Shown: positions 62,501-64,000 of the stretch, in pieces | How positions within the stretch are numbered: the stretch's first letter is position 1 | Layout of the letters: every line of letters starts with the position of its first letter | Origin: Raillietiella orientalis | Lineage: Eukaryota | Assembly: GCA_036172245.1 (NCBI GenBank) | Contig: JAYWIR010000029.1 | Coordinates: 1,736,001-1,800,000 of the forward strand | Direction of reading: 5' to 3' | Length of the DNA: 64,000 nt | Notes under the pieces: generated by a model | The model's database searches: none | Told to the model about the DNA's origin: nothing | The model's input: only the letters and a program-made list of their open reading frames with translations | Program-made: the position numbers and the translations under genes

Positions 62501-64000
62501 TCTGCAGCTGGGATTCGAAGAGGGACCTCGGAAGGAAGTTCCCGTGGAGGTAGTGAAAACTCCGGACGAGGTCGCGGACCTCCCTGACAGCGAAGTGGCC
62601 ATCTCGCCGAAGGTTGTGTGCTCGAGTCCGGACATCGACGGGCAGAAGGACGGCATCTGCGAAGACAGCAGCGACAAAGATAAGGTCGAAAACGAGATGC
62701 CCGCCGAAGAAACTGTCTCTCCTGCCGAAGATCATTCGGGAATCGAGAGAATCGAGGAGGCGTACCAGGAAGGGCCTCCCCCGACTCAAGGTTGGGTGAG
62801 CAGCGATGGACTCACCTGGCAAGCTGCCGAGGAGCCCCAAAGCGCCGCAGGGGACGACAGAGAGGAAGTCGTTCCTGTAGCTTCTGGCGAGGAGGCACGC
62901 GAAGGCGACGGCGGCAGCAGCGCTCTGCGACTTGGAGAGGTGATCGTCGAGACTAAAGAAGAGCCGCTCCCACGCGAGCACCTGGATCCGCCCGGCCTGA
63001 CCCTGACGCCGGTCCCCTCGGAGGCCGACCTCCAGTCGGAATCCACTGCCAAATCTCCTAAGGACGTGGTGGAACTCAGTTTCGTGAGGGATGGAAGATC
63101 TGAGGGTCACGAAGGATCCTACTACGGAGGAGAGGCGGATCACGTCGCTCCGGAAGAACGGGAAGAGAAGGTGTTCCCGGAGGTCACGCCGCCAGAGGAG
63201 GACCTTCCTCCAGCTCTTCTTCCGGACGAGAAGCAGGGAGATCAGCAAGGTTTTCGTGACATCAACGGAGCGAGCGAAGAGGACCGCGAAAGGGCCTCGA
63301 CGAGTCCTTACAGAAGTCCCGAAGAAGAGGAGCATTCCGAACCGGGAGCCTTGCTCCTCAAAGAAGATGAACGCGGAGAGCTCGAGAAAGCCGACGGAGG
63401 ACTCCAAAATTCTCTTGAGCCCGCCACAGCGAAGGAGGCAGTCTTGGAGCAAACTCGCTCCCCGCCGGGTCATGTGGCAACCGCGGAGGAACAGCGCACA
63501 GAGCTCCCTCAGGGAGGCGAGGCCCCGCTTCCAAGCTCTGAAGGCGCCCCCAGAGGACTTGAAGCTCTCCGCGGGGATCCATCTTTTCCGGAGCTTCCTG
63601 TCTCGGCTTTCGAAAACGGGGAGACCCGGTTCCCCGCGGCGGGGATCAGCTACGAGAGGACATCGTCTTCAGGATCGGAGGATCACTTTGCCGAGGATCC
63701 GTGGACCTGCAGGAAGCTCGTCGAGAGCTGCGCGGTCCCCGATATGGGAAGAGAGGCACCAGAGGAAGGGACCGGAAAGGAGGCTCTGCGCTCCGAGGTA
63801 GCAGACCGGAGGTCCCCTTCCGAGATCTCCCCTGAGGCCATCAGGCTGCCCTCGGTCGCCGGAAAAGAAGACCGAAGGGATATCTCCCTACCCAGCCGTG
63901 GGGAGGGAGGTTCGATCGCCGAGGAGAGAGACAGGGACCCGAGCTTGGGAAAACCAGATAAGGATCGCCTTGTAGAACCGCATGGTGATGCGGAGCAGAT
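50511..64000 (+). CDS. futsch: Microtubule-associated protein futsch / MAP1 family, 3'-partial; exons 50511-50658, 53833-53928, 57025-57197, 59242-59505, 60561->64000
   Basis: Spliced: LTGAYVLIVASKPREESHRAAVLQQIKE GLMSWD...GEDDRN GEKLIQYASEDIIFEILIHP.VNTL.QCIRNLLSSCTRYKHIIHAGYTF.GSGSW.LQ DGTFSFEDF... VRFTRPTVYIFPAGQGD..LFGVNGF.MLVD.GF....FWDFVRHLDRLD...VYPQIGHF. A K-rich then E/S/P-rich region appears open to the window end. All GT-AG junctions keep the frame. The start ATG is the least certain part. Confidence 0.93.
50928..50960 (+). repeat. (CG)8 followed by a (CGG)n tract in futsch intron 1
   Basis: cgcgcgcgcgcgcgcg gcggcggcggcggcggc read directly. Confidence 0.9.
51548..51575 (+). repeat. 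(GAG)n microsatellite
   Basis: Read directly. Confidence 0.85.
54337..54886 (+). repeat. About 55-nt direct repeat pair (54337-54391 and 54833-54886) in futsch intron 2
   Basis: tggaa(a/g)agacgggaagcaaacagacaaagg...ggggacccgtc occurs twice, about 500 nt apart. Confidence 0.85.
57250..58400 (-). mobile_element. Decayed RNase H-bearing LINE (I/Ingi-like) in futsch intron 3
   Basis: VRTNGAKDGAVSNGGCG resembles the RNase H motif xYTDGS..AxxNGGxG. It is preceded by LLNSDRRL (like LG..LDxxL). Confidence 0.45.

Noticed and set aside
60741..63473. Minus-strand ORFs of 456, 293 and 369 aa
   Set aside because: Antisense shadows of the long futsch exon, caused by its codon bias.
1..64000. CRISPR arrays, tRNA or rRNA genes, prokaryotic systems
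   Set aside because: No regularly spaced repeats or RNA gene structures were seen, and spliceosomal introns show the sequence is eukaryotic.

Overview
Eukaryotic nuclear DNA from an invertebrate animal, in three zones. (1) 1.5-5.0 kb is an AT-rich, very compact three-gene cluster: CARHSP1-like cold-shock-domain gene (+), DNAL4 (-) and CTU1 (-). Six of its seven introns are 42-48 nt. The convergent CARHSP1 and DNAL4 stops are 29 nt apart, and only 76 nt separate the CTU1 stop from the DNAL4 ATG, an operon-like spacing. (2) About 6.5-49 kb holds heavily decayed mobile elements: RTE, CR1-like, R2-like and Penelope-like retroelements, Gypsy and Copia pieces, and a mitochondrial IleRS pseudogene fragment. 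It also has at least three eroded Maverick/Polinton relics in the same gene order (pPolB, small conserved ORF(s), chromodomain integrase, with a minor capsid visible in two). (3) 50.5 kb to the end is the 5' part of a futsch/MAP1-family gene with five exons, its first exon inside a large GC/CpG-rich domain. The first 79 nt of the window recur exactly at 14,958-15,036, at the edge of a GC-rich block. The four gene models are well supported. All TE and Maverick calls are by-eye motif matches in frameshifted sequence against remembered consensus, with approximate boundaries. GC statements are visual estimates.
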